Source of the DNA: Chiloscyllium plagiosum
Taxonomy: Eukaryota
NCBI RefSeq assembly: GCF_004010195.1
Contig: NW_025215381.1
Coordinates: forward strand, 1,357,450-1,419,440
Direction of reading: 5' to 3'
DNA: 61,991 nt
The notes beneath the pieces were generated by a model. That model ran no database searches, had not been told where the DNA came from, and saw only the letters and a list, made by a program, of their open reading frames with translations. This document shows, piece by piece, positions 40,301-49,297 of this stretch; position 1 is the stretch's first letter, and the number at the start of each line of letters is the position of its first letter. The position numbers were made by a program, and so were the translations under genes.

Positions 40301-43300
40301 AACTGGACAAGCAGTAGAGCTGTCAACTAACAGGATCAGCCACCTTTGCTTGTAGAATACTGTTGCTTTAATGCTTTCAACTGGCATGTTGTCAATCTTA
40401 GGAGAGACAACAAGGAATTAGAAGCTTTGTACAAACTTCAGGAAGTTTTGCATCTTTTAGATCAAGGCCTATTACTTGCAACATTGAGACTGCAGCAAGG
40501 GTTTAACCCCAGGAGCAGCTTACATCTCAAAAGCTAAATTCATATCTTTAAATTGGAGGCAAAGTTTATTATGTGACTGGCTCTGCCTAAAAGAGGTAGG
40601 CTGTGAGTAGGGTAAAGAAGTGGCAGATGGGATAGAGAGGTTACAGAGTCATGGAGTAGACCAATTTAAAATTGATGAAGGCTTCAGAAAAAAAAAGTGA
40701 GAAGCCCGGAGGGACATGAGTCCTGGTTCAGGATTCTCTTCAGGTTCATGGGCAAGTTCTGTTGGCAGTTACGACAAACTTATTTCCCCCCAGAAGGTCT
40801 AGCATACAAAGAACAGGTGTACTGTGGAGGCTGTATAAGGCTCCAAGTAGAATGCCTTGAGCCATTTGGGCCCCCCATATCTAGGAGAGATGGGACAGTA
40901 TTGCAGGGTTCCTGGGGAGGTTTACACAGAATTGATCCTGGGATGACTGACTGGTCATTTAAGTCAGTGAGGAATCTGGGCTTGTACTCAGTTTATAGAA
41001 TGGAAAGGACTTGAACTTAGACTGGATATGGCAGACTAAAGACTTGTGAAAACAGGCCCTTTGGCCCAATCAGTCCACACTGACCCTCCAAAGAGGGACC
41101 CACCCAGACCCATTTCCCTCTGACTAATGCACCTATGGCAAATTGACCATGCTAAATTGCCCTGACCAGCACATCTTTGGACTGAGGAAAGCTGAGCACC
41201 CAGAGGAAACCCACAGACATGGAGAATGTGCAGAGTTTGCACAGTCATGAGATATTCTCAGCTACTAATGGGATCATGACCTGGGGGCATAATGTCAGGC
41301 AGAGGACAATCCTTTAGTAAAAACAATGACTGCAGATGCTGGAAACCAGATTCTGGATCAGTGGTGCTGGAAGAGCACAGCAATTCAGGCAGCATCCGAG
41401 GACAGGCAAAAATCGACGTTTCGGGCAAAAGCCCTTCATCAGGAATAAAGGCAGAGAGCCTGAAGCGTGGAGAGATAAGCTAGAGGAGAGTGGGGGTGGG
41501 GAGAGAGTGGCATAGAGTACAATAGGTCAGTGGGGAAGGAGATGAAGGTGATAGGTCAGGGAGGAGAGGGTGGAGTGGATAGGTGGAAAAGGAGCTGGGC
41601 ATTGCTGTGCTCTTCCAGCACCACTGATCCACAATCCTTTAGTAGGCATTTCTTCACCCAGAAAAGGCTGCTAGAGGCCATGTCACCCCATGAGTTCAAT
41701 TTATACTTATGACAATGATTCAATTAGAAATAGGATCAGTGTTTACAGCAAGCTAGAGATAGAGAAAAAAGCTGTGATCACAAGACAGAACCAGTTCAGT
41801 GGGCTGAATGGCCAAACCTAGCTCATCTTATACTTAAGTTTGTGTAAAGTGTTGAAAGAGCTGAAGTGTAACTAGTTCTGAGAAGTTTGGCCAAGTTACT
41901 TTACTCCAGGGGAGTAACAGGACAGTGGGACTGTTGCCCATCCAACTGGGAATGGGCATCATTTGTGTCAAGTGCCATTTAAAAACCAGAGACCGGTGGG
42001 ACAACAATCACCTACCATTATGATGCTGGATTCAGTGGAATTGTAAGGGGCACGGAACACAACACGAGAGGCGGTGGTGTTAACTCCATAGCCAAGGGAG
42101 TGGGCTTCTGTGGTGGTCATGGTCTTCAGCTGCAGATTCTCCCCTTCACCCATTTGGAATACAATCTGCCACACTGAGGTTATAGCCTCTTGAGCCTGGA
42201 ACAAAATTCTCACATTAGTCTCAACTGACTTCCATTTTTAGACTTGAAAATTTCAACTCCATTAGTTTTGGCTCCTATTTGATTGTGGAAAGGCTAGCAA
42301 AGTGCAAGAGCTGAGCCATTTATTAACACAATTACTGGGTCGGAGTCTGTCAGCAATCTGGACACCAGGGCATCCATGGTGCTCCAGTGCATTAGAGTTT
42401 GGCATTGTCACAGCCATCTGATGGAGGTTAAATTACAACTGGAGTTGTAAATACTTCACCAAGAAAGGTGAGGGTCCTAATTACTCGTGAGTAAAGTCAA
42501 TGCAAAGGTCCTTTACTGGCTGAAGCAAGCATGGGGGACATGCATTCAAGAGCAATGTGTTTGTCTTAATCCATGGACAGTCATATTGCAGAAGGGGCCT
42601 ATAGACTAAAGTGCGCTAACCTTAATTTCTGGGACTGAGCTAGGTACAACATTGGTGACTCTGGCTCTAAGTTTGAAACAGCAGAAATAAGGGATGGAAG
42701 ATTAAAATTACAGGTCACTTGTGCATTTTACTAGCACAAGTCAGCTATTAACAACTCAATGTGGTTCAGATGATGAATTTTCTACAGATTGGGTGGACAG
42801 TGATTTTCTATAGCACAAGGTTGCAGAAAAACACAGCTTATCTTGTAAGATTCTGTAGCTTTAATTGTGCCCATGCAAAACCTTGCAACTGGTCAATATT
42901 TAAAGCAAATATACTTAGTCAGCAAGGGCAGGCACAACGTTCACATTTTCCATTAGAGGAAAATAACAGGAAACTTACTGCTGGAATAACTGCTTCCCAA
43001 TCCTCAGTTTCCATTTGCTCTTCGGCAATACCAGGAAACAACCTCCTAACGGAGACCTGTTGAAACAGAATTGGTTTGTGTGTAGATGAGTAATCGTTCA
43101 GGTCAAGGGTGAACAATTGAGGGGCAAGTTGAAGAGCTTGCCTTTAGTTATAAGGCAGTATCTTCAGATAGATATTAGTTTGGATTGCCTCCCAAGAATT
43201 CTAACAAGCAATTCAGTGAAAGATTCAAGTGCATGGACAGATGCTTAGGGTCATTGAGCAGGATTAGTGGGATTGTTTAGGAACAATGCAAGTTGAGAGC

Positions 43301-46300
43301 TCTTTCTAAGGAAGGATGCCAGAGGATCAGATGTTAGATCAAAGTTCAAACACCAAGACTGTAGTCATCCCTAAACCAGTTCAGGTGGACCACCACCACT
43401 CCATTGGGCTTGGAAGTGGACAATGAATGCTGCCAAGCCATAAACACCCACATTGGAGTTAAATAGTGAGGGGGGAGAAAAAGCCCAAGTTCTCTAACCC
43501 ATTGGTTAGAGGCCAATTGATGCTATGGTTTGCATAGAGAGGGCAGTTAACTCAGGCTAATCCCACAATGTCTTACCTCCATGTAGTTTTCTTCACAAAC
43601 TATTTCTCTTGAACTCCAGTGATAACCAAGTCCGCAGGTCATTGAGAAAGTGTAAGTGGAGAAGTGATGAGGAATGAACTGGTTCTCAACACTCAAATGC
43701 ATGGTTAAGGCAAAGGTGTCATCATTCTGAAATGAGAGGTGTTTCATGATGCTCAGTAAAACTGGAAGATCTTGCTTGAAAAAGGCCAATTTGGTAGCTT
43801 AAATGGTCTGCAAGATGGCATAACACCTATAGTGGCTAACCAAGTTACTACAGAGAGTAGAGGGCAGGACAGACAGCACCAAGTTTTAATTTTAAAACTG
43901 GCCAGGTCTTGGAGTCTGAAGTGGAAACAAAGTAAACTTGGAGGACATGAACTTTAGGAAAAACCTGTAAGGTCAGTTAAGGGCCAGTGCAGATATTGCA
44001 ACTGAAAGAGTAGGAGGAGATTTGATGTGTGACAAGCCCTTGACTTAAGAGCACCAAGTGAGTCACTACTGTTAGGGAGTGAACTAGTCACTCAATCCAA
44101 CCATTCAATATTAGAGTAATGCTGGAAAAGTGCAGGTCAAGGTGACAAGCAGGAAACTAGATGTTTCAGGCCAAAGCCCATTAGGCCCAGTCCCCAGCAT
44201 CTACACTACCCACTTTTACCTTGACCAACCATTCACATGGTTGGGTTGGCTAGGCTAGCTATCCACCCTGGTTTCTTCAATAGGCAAGGTTGCTTCAACT
44301 AAGGCAAGCACACACCGTTAGGCCATCTCAACCACCACAATACACTACATTCTGCGCGAGGGATTGGACACAAGATCTAGTCTACTTTGCTAAGGGTGAA
44401 CTCTTTAGTGAGGTGTACTTTTACACCACTTGCTATGTGGTTACTAGAAGTTAGAGGTGTTAGATAGCAAGGATACTCACATCATTCTGAACCAGACAGG
44501 CAAGGAATGAAACCCGGATCTCAAGATTACCCCTTTTATCGGAGGTGACAGTGAAGCCACATGTTGCTGCAAACTGTGGTGTCAGTGGGATCCGGACTAG
44601 AGATTCATCTGTTAGAGAGAGGTGTGTGTAAGTGGGATATCTGCACTAGTGAGCGATTGCAAATTAACACATTTAGGCTTAAATGCAAGATCATGTAACC
44701 CACACCATTATGGAATCATCCCACATTCTGATGAGAGAGACGACTTTAGACTTTCTCCCTGCACTGTGCATGCAACTCCCCCTCCAGTAACTGCTCAATC
44801 CCGGAGTGGATCGGGTATAGATGTGGCATGATCCAAACCCCCTTGGTGTAATCTGCCCGCAAGCTAGAGCTCATTCTAGCAGAGATGTTGCCTCCTTTTC
44901 AGGAGAGGTGCCTGGAGTCTAGTCCAGATGTAGGTCTAATGACCCCAAATTCCTACCTATGTAGGAGCTAACCTACATTGGTTTCTTTCAAAGTTGTTCA
45001 TGGAGCCTCACTGACAAACCCAGCTTCAGGGGAACTCACCACTTGCATCAATGCTCCAGTTTCTGCCCAAGAGGAAGCTTCTTTCAATCCAGATGTAGAA
45101 GTAACGATCACGACATTCTCTTTGGACAGTTCCTTTAGGGAATAAAAGGATTGAGGAGTTTGATCAAGTCAGGCATTGGGCTGAGTCACTATACCCAGGT
45201 GTTAAGAGCAAGATCAGGGGCTGTAAGACTAGATGAACAGAGGGGTAAGAATGGTTGGTGAAAGGGTTATGGCTGATTGGCAGACCTAGGTGACCCTGGA
45301 GTACAGGGTGCCTACCTACACCTTCAAGGTTGTAGGGAGAGAGGTGGGCACTGCAGGAGAAGGAGTGTCCCCACTCCATTTAAAGCCTGTCCTCGAGGTG
45401 GCATTGCCCTTTGAGAATGGCCAGTGACAAGCAGTGCCCCTTGTTTCTTCCTGGAAGGAAGCTAGGATTTACACTCACCACTTTGTCCTACAAAGGTGAC
45501 ATGGGTGCTGGGAATATATATGCACTGTCTGGCTTTACTGTGGGGTTTTAGAGATTAAAAATCCACAGTTCAGGGACTCACTGAACTGGCTGGCCATAGC
45601 CAGAGAGATTAGAGCCCTAAAAATATACCAGCAAGGTGACGAGATAGTGGTGCCTTTACAGTTTAAGGCAAAGTTCATTTAGCAAATCTTGAATTGAAGG
45701 ATTTTTACATGCAACACCAAACTAGTGGATGTTCTTATGGCATTTAAGGATTGAACTTGCAGAGGAGCAACAAAATTCCTATGACAACCCAGTGCTCTTA
45801 GTGGAAAAGAGTGTTTGTCCGAACAGCAGACAATCCAACCCTGACCCCCACCCCTTATTGTAAGGGGATCTAAATCCACTTGTAATTTAGCTGGGGAGAT
45901 AAAGCCAGACCAAGCAGCAGCTGGTGTAGGCATGGGGGTGCATACTAATTCAAGCCAGAGGCTGGAATCAAACTTGGGTTCCTGGTCTTGTAAGGAACCA
46001 GTGCTAATGGCCAAGTTAGTACCACCCTGAAAGTGGGCCATTTTTAACAGCAGCAATATGGAATACAAGATAAAGGGCAGAGCAAACTGGTCACTCTCAA
46101 TGGCAGGCTTGCCAGAGTACAAATAGTTGGTACCACCACCCTCAGATGAAGGGTGAGCTACATGTTTGCATGGTGACTGAAGCAGAGGGAGAGTCAGAAT
46201 TTTAACTCACTGGTCAAGGGGTGATATTGTAGCTCCAAGTCAGAAAGATGGAATAGGGTTGGGAAGGAGAATGCAAGAATTTCACCTAGGCTGGTTGAAA

Positions 46301-48039
46301 GAGCCTTGGTAAAGAAAATTCAAGTGGTATACAACTGCCACCAGTGGCACAGTTGAAACTGGACAAGTGCCAGTTAGTGCTTTCTCTGGGATGGTGTCAT
46401 GTTTAGGTTGGGGTTGCACTCTGCAAGGTAGGGTGGCATACTCCCTCAACCTCAAGGTAAGGGATGTCCACATTGTGGAGGCCACAATATTGTTGGTCAT
46501 CCAAGTTACTTGCAGGGGCAATTTTAATAGTTCCCCAAATGGGGAAAGTCAGTAGGAAATGCAAGTCAAGGAATACCAAGACAAAAAAAAACTTCATCTG
46601 CAGTTGGTCTCAAACCAAGTTTGTTCCCCTGCAGAGTCCCTTCCAAAGGAAGCCCACTAGGTTCTGCTGCTCCCCTAAGTTTACACCTAACCAGTGACTT
46701 CACCCCCTGATGCTGCCTGGCCTGCTGTGCTCTTCCAGCTTTCTGGAGGTCTTCCCCAGACCAGCCAAAAAGCAGTTTCCACAAGGACATGGAATGCATT
46801 CCAGCTGCCGCATTCTGCCCCCATGTGGATATTTTTAAAAAGCCATTAGACAGGGGAAAAAACTTCTGAGGGGGTTGGGGAAAAAAAAGCTTTTAAAGAG
46901 CATGTCTGTGAGCTTGTTTGAAGACATCTTGCTACAGATTAGCAAGCCCAGCAGGTCAGCATTCACCACAAGGGGGTTAGAAAGCAGGAACAAGGTGTCT
47001 TGTAGTTAGATAGTCCTGACCCATGCACCTAGTGTGTAGTTTTGATTCCTACACAATAGAAAAAGGGGATTACAATAGAGTTCGTTAGATTGGTCTGCCA
47101 TTCCAGGTTAGATTTTGGATCCACATTTTCAATCCCCCCCCCCCCCGAGAGTTGGAGAGGTAGTTTGTTGAAAGGGTAACGTCTTCCAGGCTGTTTTGGT
47201 GGGGGTGGGCTGGGCAGGCAAGAGGGAGAACCAGAGGATTACCTCAAACAAACAACAGGCCATTTTTGCCCGAGAGGAGTTTCTTCACTCAGGGCAGCGT
47301 AACTTTATACCTGAGGATTTGGGAAGTCAGTTGGATATGGCCAAGCCATAAAAGTTCCTTGAGGGGAAAAAAAAAGCAAATTAAGGGATGAGAGAGTCAC
47401 TGTCAGTTTAATTGACAGGTCATGACCTAATTGATGGCCACTTCACTTGTTCAGGCAATCACATGGCTCTATTTTAAACTAGAGGACACAACCAGATCAG
47501 CTCAGAATTGAGTGCTTGACACATTTAGCTTGTATTTGAGGGATGGAGAGTTAGAAGCTATGGAGAGGCGGGGGGGGGGGGGGTTGTTAGGTTAATTCAG
47601 GGGCAGAACTGAGATTGCCTAGAAAAATAATGATTCCATGGGATTTTAGATATGGAGAAAGATATAGTATACAAGTAAGTGACTATGAAAAAAGGAGTTA
47701 GATAAAAGTAAACTTGTGGATTAAAGTGCACACAGTTTAAAAACGTTTTTACAAAAACAATGATATGATTGAGAAGTCACTAGCCCCTGAAGATGCCTTG
47801 ACCCAGACACTCAGCTTTACTGAGATTCCTTTTGGGAGGTTAAAGTATTCAGAGCAAGATCCAGCTTACCAGGGGGTGGGTCTGTTTTCACTTGTGTGGT
47901 AAACACTGCCAGGAGCAATATCACTCTAACAAAATTAGAGAGAGGGAAAAAAAAAAAGACAAATTAGCTCATAGCACAGCAGAGGCCAAAGCTGAGATCA
48001 ACCTGAATAAACCACTTACCCTAAAAGGTGAGAATCCAT
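31262..48039 (-). CDS. ZPAX: ZPAX-type zona pellucida/egg-envelope glycoprotein, 23 coding exons, 964 aa (whole gene span)
   Basis: Manual splicing of 23 GT-AG exons with matching phases gives one open 2895-nt CDS. It has a signal peptide (MDSHLLGVILLLAVFTTQVKT), ZPAX-like N-terminal motifs (ECRDRYF, WSSREIVCEENYMEVSV, YKQRWLILLVD, GPFLPDVEL), a ZP module (CFQNG...LENCWATP...WDIIVDGC...YFHCNVAIC), an EHP (VSSGPI) and a TM helix. Confidence 0.93.
31620..31721 (-). CDS. ZPAX: ZPAX exon 22 (GHTITHSTREFHGAVSSGPINILTRVSQSPNETT; EHP)
   Basis: CAG/GTAAGT sites, phase 1 to 1; VSSGPI external hydrophobic patch. Confidence 0.92.
31952..32206 (-). mobile_element. HE1-type SINE in ZPAX intron 21, deleted
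   Basis: tggaaacaggccct...gccaattcaccctaacct...gaggcagtgctagccactgagcca. Confidence 0.8.
32419..32506 (-). CDS. ZPAX: ZPAX exon 21 (VYFHCNVAICDLSNPDSLCRRTCSPSKRG)
   Basis: TAG/GTAAGC sites, phase 0 to 1; terminal ZP-C cysteines and a KR dibasic site. Confidence 0.94.
32594..32729 (-). CDS. ZPAX: ZPAX exon 20 (GCANHMETY...LKRFEVKT...LEGL)
   Basis: TAG/GTAAGC sites, phase 2 to 0. Confidence 0.93.
33752..33938 (-). CDS. ZPAX: ZPAX exon 19, ZP-C (DLSYTTFYKDEDYPV...LENCWATP...WDIIVD)
   Basis: ORF 33748..33945; classic ZP-C motifs; CAG/GTAAGT sites, phase 1 to 2. Confidence 0.96.
34684..34728 (-). CDS. ZPAX: ZPAX exon 18 (TEERNGLNLHARLAR, IHP-like)
   Basis: CAG/GTATTT sites, phase 1 to 1. Confidence 0.85.
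34808..34929 (-). CDS. ZPAX: ZPAX exon 17 (RLTILCRYPINET...VRQTLK)
   Basis: TAG/GTAAGC sites, phase 2 to 1; CxY motif (Cys4) and linker. Confidence 0.92.
35072..35169 (-). CDS. ZPAX: ZPAX exon 16 (ITNDFLIYENEISY...ITRDPDY)
   Basis: CAG/GTAGGA sites, phase 0 to 2; ZP-N motifs YENE and ITRD. Confidence 0.94.
35840..36009 (-). CDS. ZPAX: ZPAX exon 15, start of ZP module (VCFQNGTV...LKDPKCGP...NSCGTIGR)
   Basis: CAG/GTAAAT sites, phase 1 to 0; ZP-N Cys1-3. Confidence 0.94.
36311..36434 (-). CDS. ZPAX: ZPAX exon 14 (EVSLHELQAR...QCNFSIPEKEVL)
   Basis: CAG/GTAAGT sites, phase 0 to 1. Confidence 0.93.
36532..36737 (-). CDS. ZPAX: ZPAX exon 13 (VLPVMKGHCLND...VPFHSPGVVYE)
   Basis: CAG/GTAATC sites, phase 1 to 0. 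Confidence 0.93.
37424..37541 (-). CDS. ZPAX: ZPAX exon 12 (YLYDDIRRYTMN...VITVDVHDV)
   Basis: TAG/GTGAGT sites, phase 0 to 1. Confidence 0.92.
38401..38615 (-). CDS. ZPAX: ZPAX exon 11 (DTDATHPKQHFNISVGPFLPDVEL...APFIKQQ)
   Basis: TAG/GTATCT sites, phase 1 to 0. Confidence 0.9.
39048..39198 (-). CDS. ZPAX: ZPAX exon 10 (SHAINNTYG...PFIPKVLYLI)
   Basis: CAG/GTGAGA sites, phase 0 to 1. Confidence 0.92.
39925..40145 (-). CDS. ZPAX: ZPAX exon 9 (GPGILKDDRLVWPTPR...VPVGAVGGWSK)
   Basis: TAG/GTATGT sites, phase 1 to 0. Confidence 0.92.
40300..40396 (-). CDS. ZPAX: ZPAX exon 8 (IDNMPVES...YKQRWLILLVDSSTACPV)
   Basis: AG/GTAAGT sites, phase 0 to 1. Confidence 0.92.
41046..41247 (-). mobile_element. 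HE1-type SINE 3' part in ZPAX intron 7 with micro-inversions
   Basis: Inverted segments at 41141-41162 and 41232-41238. Confidence 0.78.
41320..41630. mobile_element. Young Penelope-like family A insertion in ZPAX intron 7
   Basis: Perfect 14-bp TSD ACAATCCTTTAGTA (41306-41319 and 41631-41644); inverted 30-bp end; CpGs intact. Confidence 0.75.
41419..41442 (-). ncRNA. Minimal hammerhead ribozyme core (CUGAUGA-A-GGGC-UUUU-GCCC-GAAA, followed by CGUC)
   Basis: Conserved catalytic boxes flanking a perfect stem II, as in Penelope-associated minimal hammerheads. Confidence 0.65.
42016..42195 (-). CDS. ZPAX: ZPAX exon 7 (AQEAITSVWQIVF...RVVFRAPYNSTESSIIM)
   Basis: Within ORF 41968..42213; CAG/GTAGGT sites, phase 0 to 0. 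Confidence 0.93.
42979..43056 (-). CDS. ZPAX: ZPAX exon 6 (VSVRRLFPGIAEEQMETEDWEAVIPA)
   Basis: Within ORF 42919..43116; CAG/GTAAGT sites, phase 0 to 0. Confidence 0.9.
43577..43726 (-). CDS. ZPAX: ZPAX exon 5 (NDDTFAL...WSSREIVCEENYME)
   Basis: Within ORF 43547..43789; CAG/GTAAGA sites, phase 0 to 0. Confidence 0.93.
44481..44608 (-). CDS. ZPAX: ZPAX exon 4 (DESLVRIPLTPQFAATCG...FLACLVQND)
   Basis: CAG/GTGAGT sites, phase 1 to 0, ZP-N cysteines. Confidence 0.92.
45040..45132 (-). CDS. ZPAX: ZPAX exon 3 (GTVQRECRDRYFYIWIERSFLLGRNWSIDAS)
   Basis: AG/GTGAGT sites, phase 1 to 1, first Cys of ZP-N1. Confidence 0.9.
47870..47925 (-). CDS. ZPAX: ZPAX exon 2 (signal peptide core VILLLAVFTTQVKTDPPP)
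   Basis: Pyrimidine tract plus TTAG acceptor, GTAAGC donor, phase 2 to 1, hydrophobic peptide. Confidence 0.85.
48020..48039 (-). CDS. ZPAX: ZPAX coding exon 1 (MDSHLLG)
   Basis: gccATGg Kozak context and GG|GTAAGT donor; phase 2 fits exon 2. An in-frame upstream ATG at 48087 is an alternative start. Confidence 0.7.
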
Positions 48040-48129
48040 GGCACTGATCTTCCTAGAAAACACAACCAGACCAGTTAGCCCCCACATGCACCACCACTGC
48101 CCAGCACAGGAAAAGCCAGCCAAGAAAGC

Positions 48130-48270
48130 ACAATCTTACTGAGCAGCTCCTCTGTCATTTAAACCCATTTGCCTCCAATTAAGCACATGACTAGCTCCCC
48201 CCAATTGGTGCTGGGTAACAGGCCTTCAATGTAAGCTTCATTCATTGGCCAAACTCAACTGGAGCAATTG
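48130..48270 (-). promoter_or_regulatory. Putative ZPAX proximal promoter
   Basis: TATA-like TTTAAA at 48158-48163; CCAAT motifs at 48175, 48201-48208 (CCAATTGG palindrome) and 48244; CANNTG E-boxes at 48166, 48184, 48202, 48256 and 48265. ZP promoters are known FIGLA E-box targets. Motif-level evidence only. Confidence 0.5.
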
Positions 48271-48568
48271 TGATGATACTGTGGCTCTCAGAGGTGTATT
48301 TTGTCCTGGGTTATTTTTTCCGAGGACCCGTTTTAAGACCGAGGTGGCAAGCTGTCTGTATGAATCCAATAAAATAAACAGATCGTTGGGGCTTTAATTT
48401 TAGAAGCTAGAACAGTAGAAGCAGTGTGGGGTCAAGCTCCCCGATAGATCCAGGAATGTTCAGTTTTAGTTTTTCAGTTTGCTGGGGTCTCAAACCTGGG
48501 TTTAGAATCTGCAGTACATGTCTCCCTGCTACTCTCAGAGTTTTCTCTCGTTATTAATATATTTTCAG

Positions 48569-48887
48569 GGTGGCTCAGTGGTTAGCACTGCTGCCTCACA
48601 GCACCAGGGACCCGGGTTCGATTCCAGCCTCGGGCAACTGTCTGTGTGGAGTTTGCACACTCTCCCCGGGTCTGCGTGGGTTTCCTCCGGGTGCTCCGGT
48701 TTCCTCCCACAGTCACAAAGATGTGCAGGGCAGGGTGAATTGGCCGTGCTAAATTGCCCCGTAGTGTAAGCTGCATTAGTCAGGGGATAATGGGTCTGGG
48801 TGGGTTACTCTTCGGAGGGTCAGTATGGGCTTGTTGGGCCGAAGGGCCTGTTTCCACACTGTAGAGAATCTAATCTAATCTAATCTA
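48569..48887 (+). mobile_element. HE1-type SINE, intact
   Basis: A and B boxes, CpGs retained, (TCTAA)4 tail. Confidence 0.9.
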
Positions 48888-49084
48888 ATACACTTGTGAG
48901 TCTGACATCGGTGGTGGGGAAGTTATTGGAGGTAATACTGAAAGATAGGATTCACATCCATTTGGAGAGGCAAGGACTGATTTGGGATAGTCAGCATGGC
49001 TCTGCATCTCACAAACTTGAGTAAGTTTCTTCACGAAAGCAACCGTAACGACTGATAAGGGCAGAGCAGTAGACATTGTTTACA

Positions 49085-49297
49085 CAATGTGGAGGTGCCG
49101 GTGTTGGACTGGGGTATACAAAGTTAAAAATCACACAACACCAGGTTATAGTCCAACAGGTTTAATTGGAAGCGCTAGCTTTCGGAGCGACGCTCCTTCA
49201 TCAGGTGACAATCGCCTGATGAAGGCGCGTCGCTCCTAAAGCTAGTGTGCTTCCAGTTAAACCCATTGGACTATAACCTGGTGTTGTGTGATTTTTA
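49085..49297. mobile_element. Penelope-like family B fold-back mini-element
   Basis: About 83-bp inverted arms (49123-49205 and 49215-49299), each with a hammerhead core; TSD ACATTGTTTACA at 49073 and 49298. Confidence 0.72.
49180..49204 (-). ncRNA. Minimal hammerhead ribozyme core, family B
   Basis: CTGATGA A GGAGC GTC GCTCC GAAA, followed by GCTA; equivalent core at 7556-7580. Confidence 0.6.

Noticed and set aside
48269..48560. LTR fragment acting as the ZPAX promoter
   Set aside because: It has an LTR-like start (tgtgatgatactgtgg) but no second end or TSD, and the core promoter motifs lie outside it.
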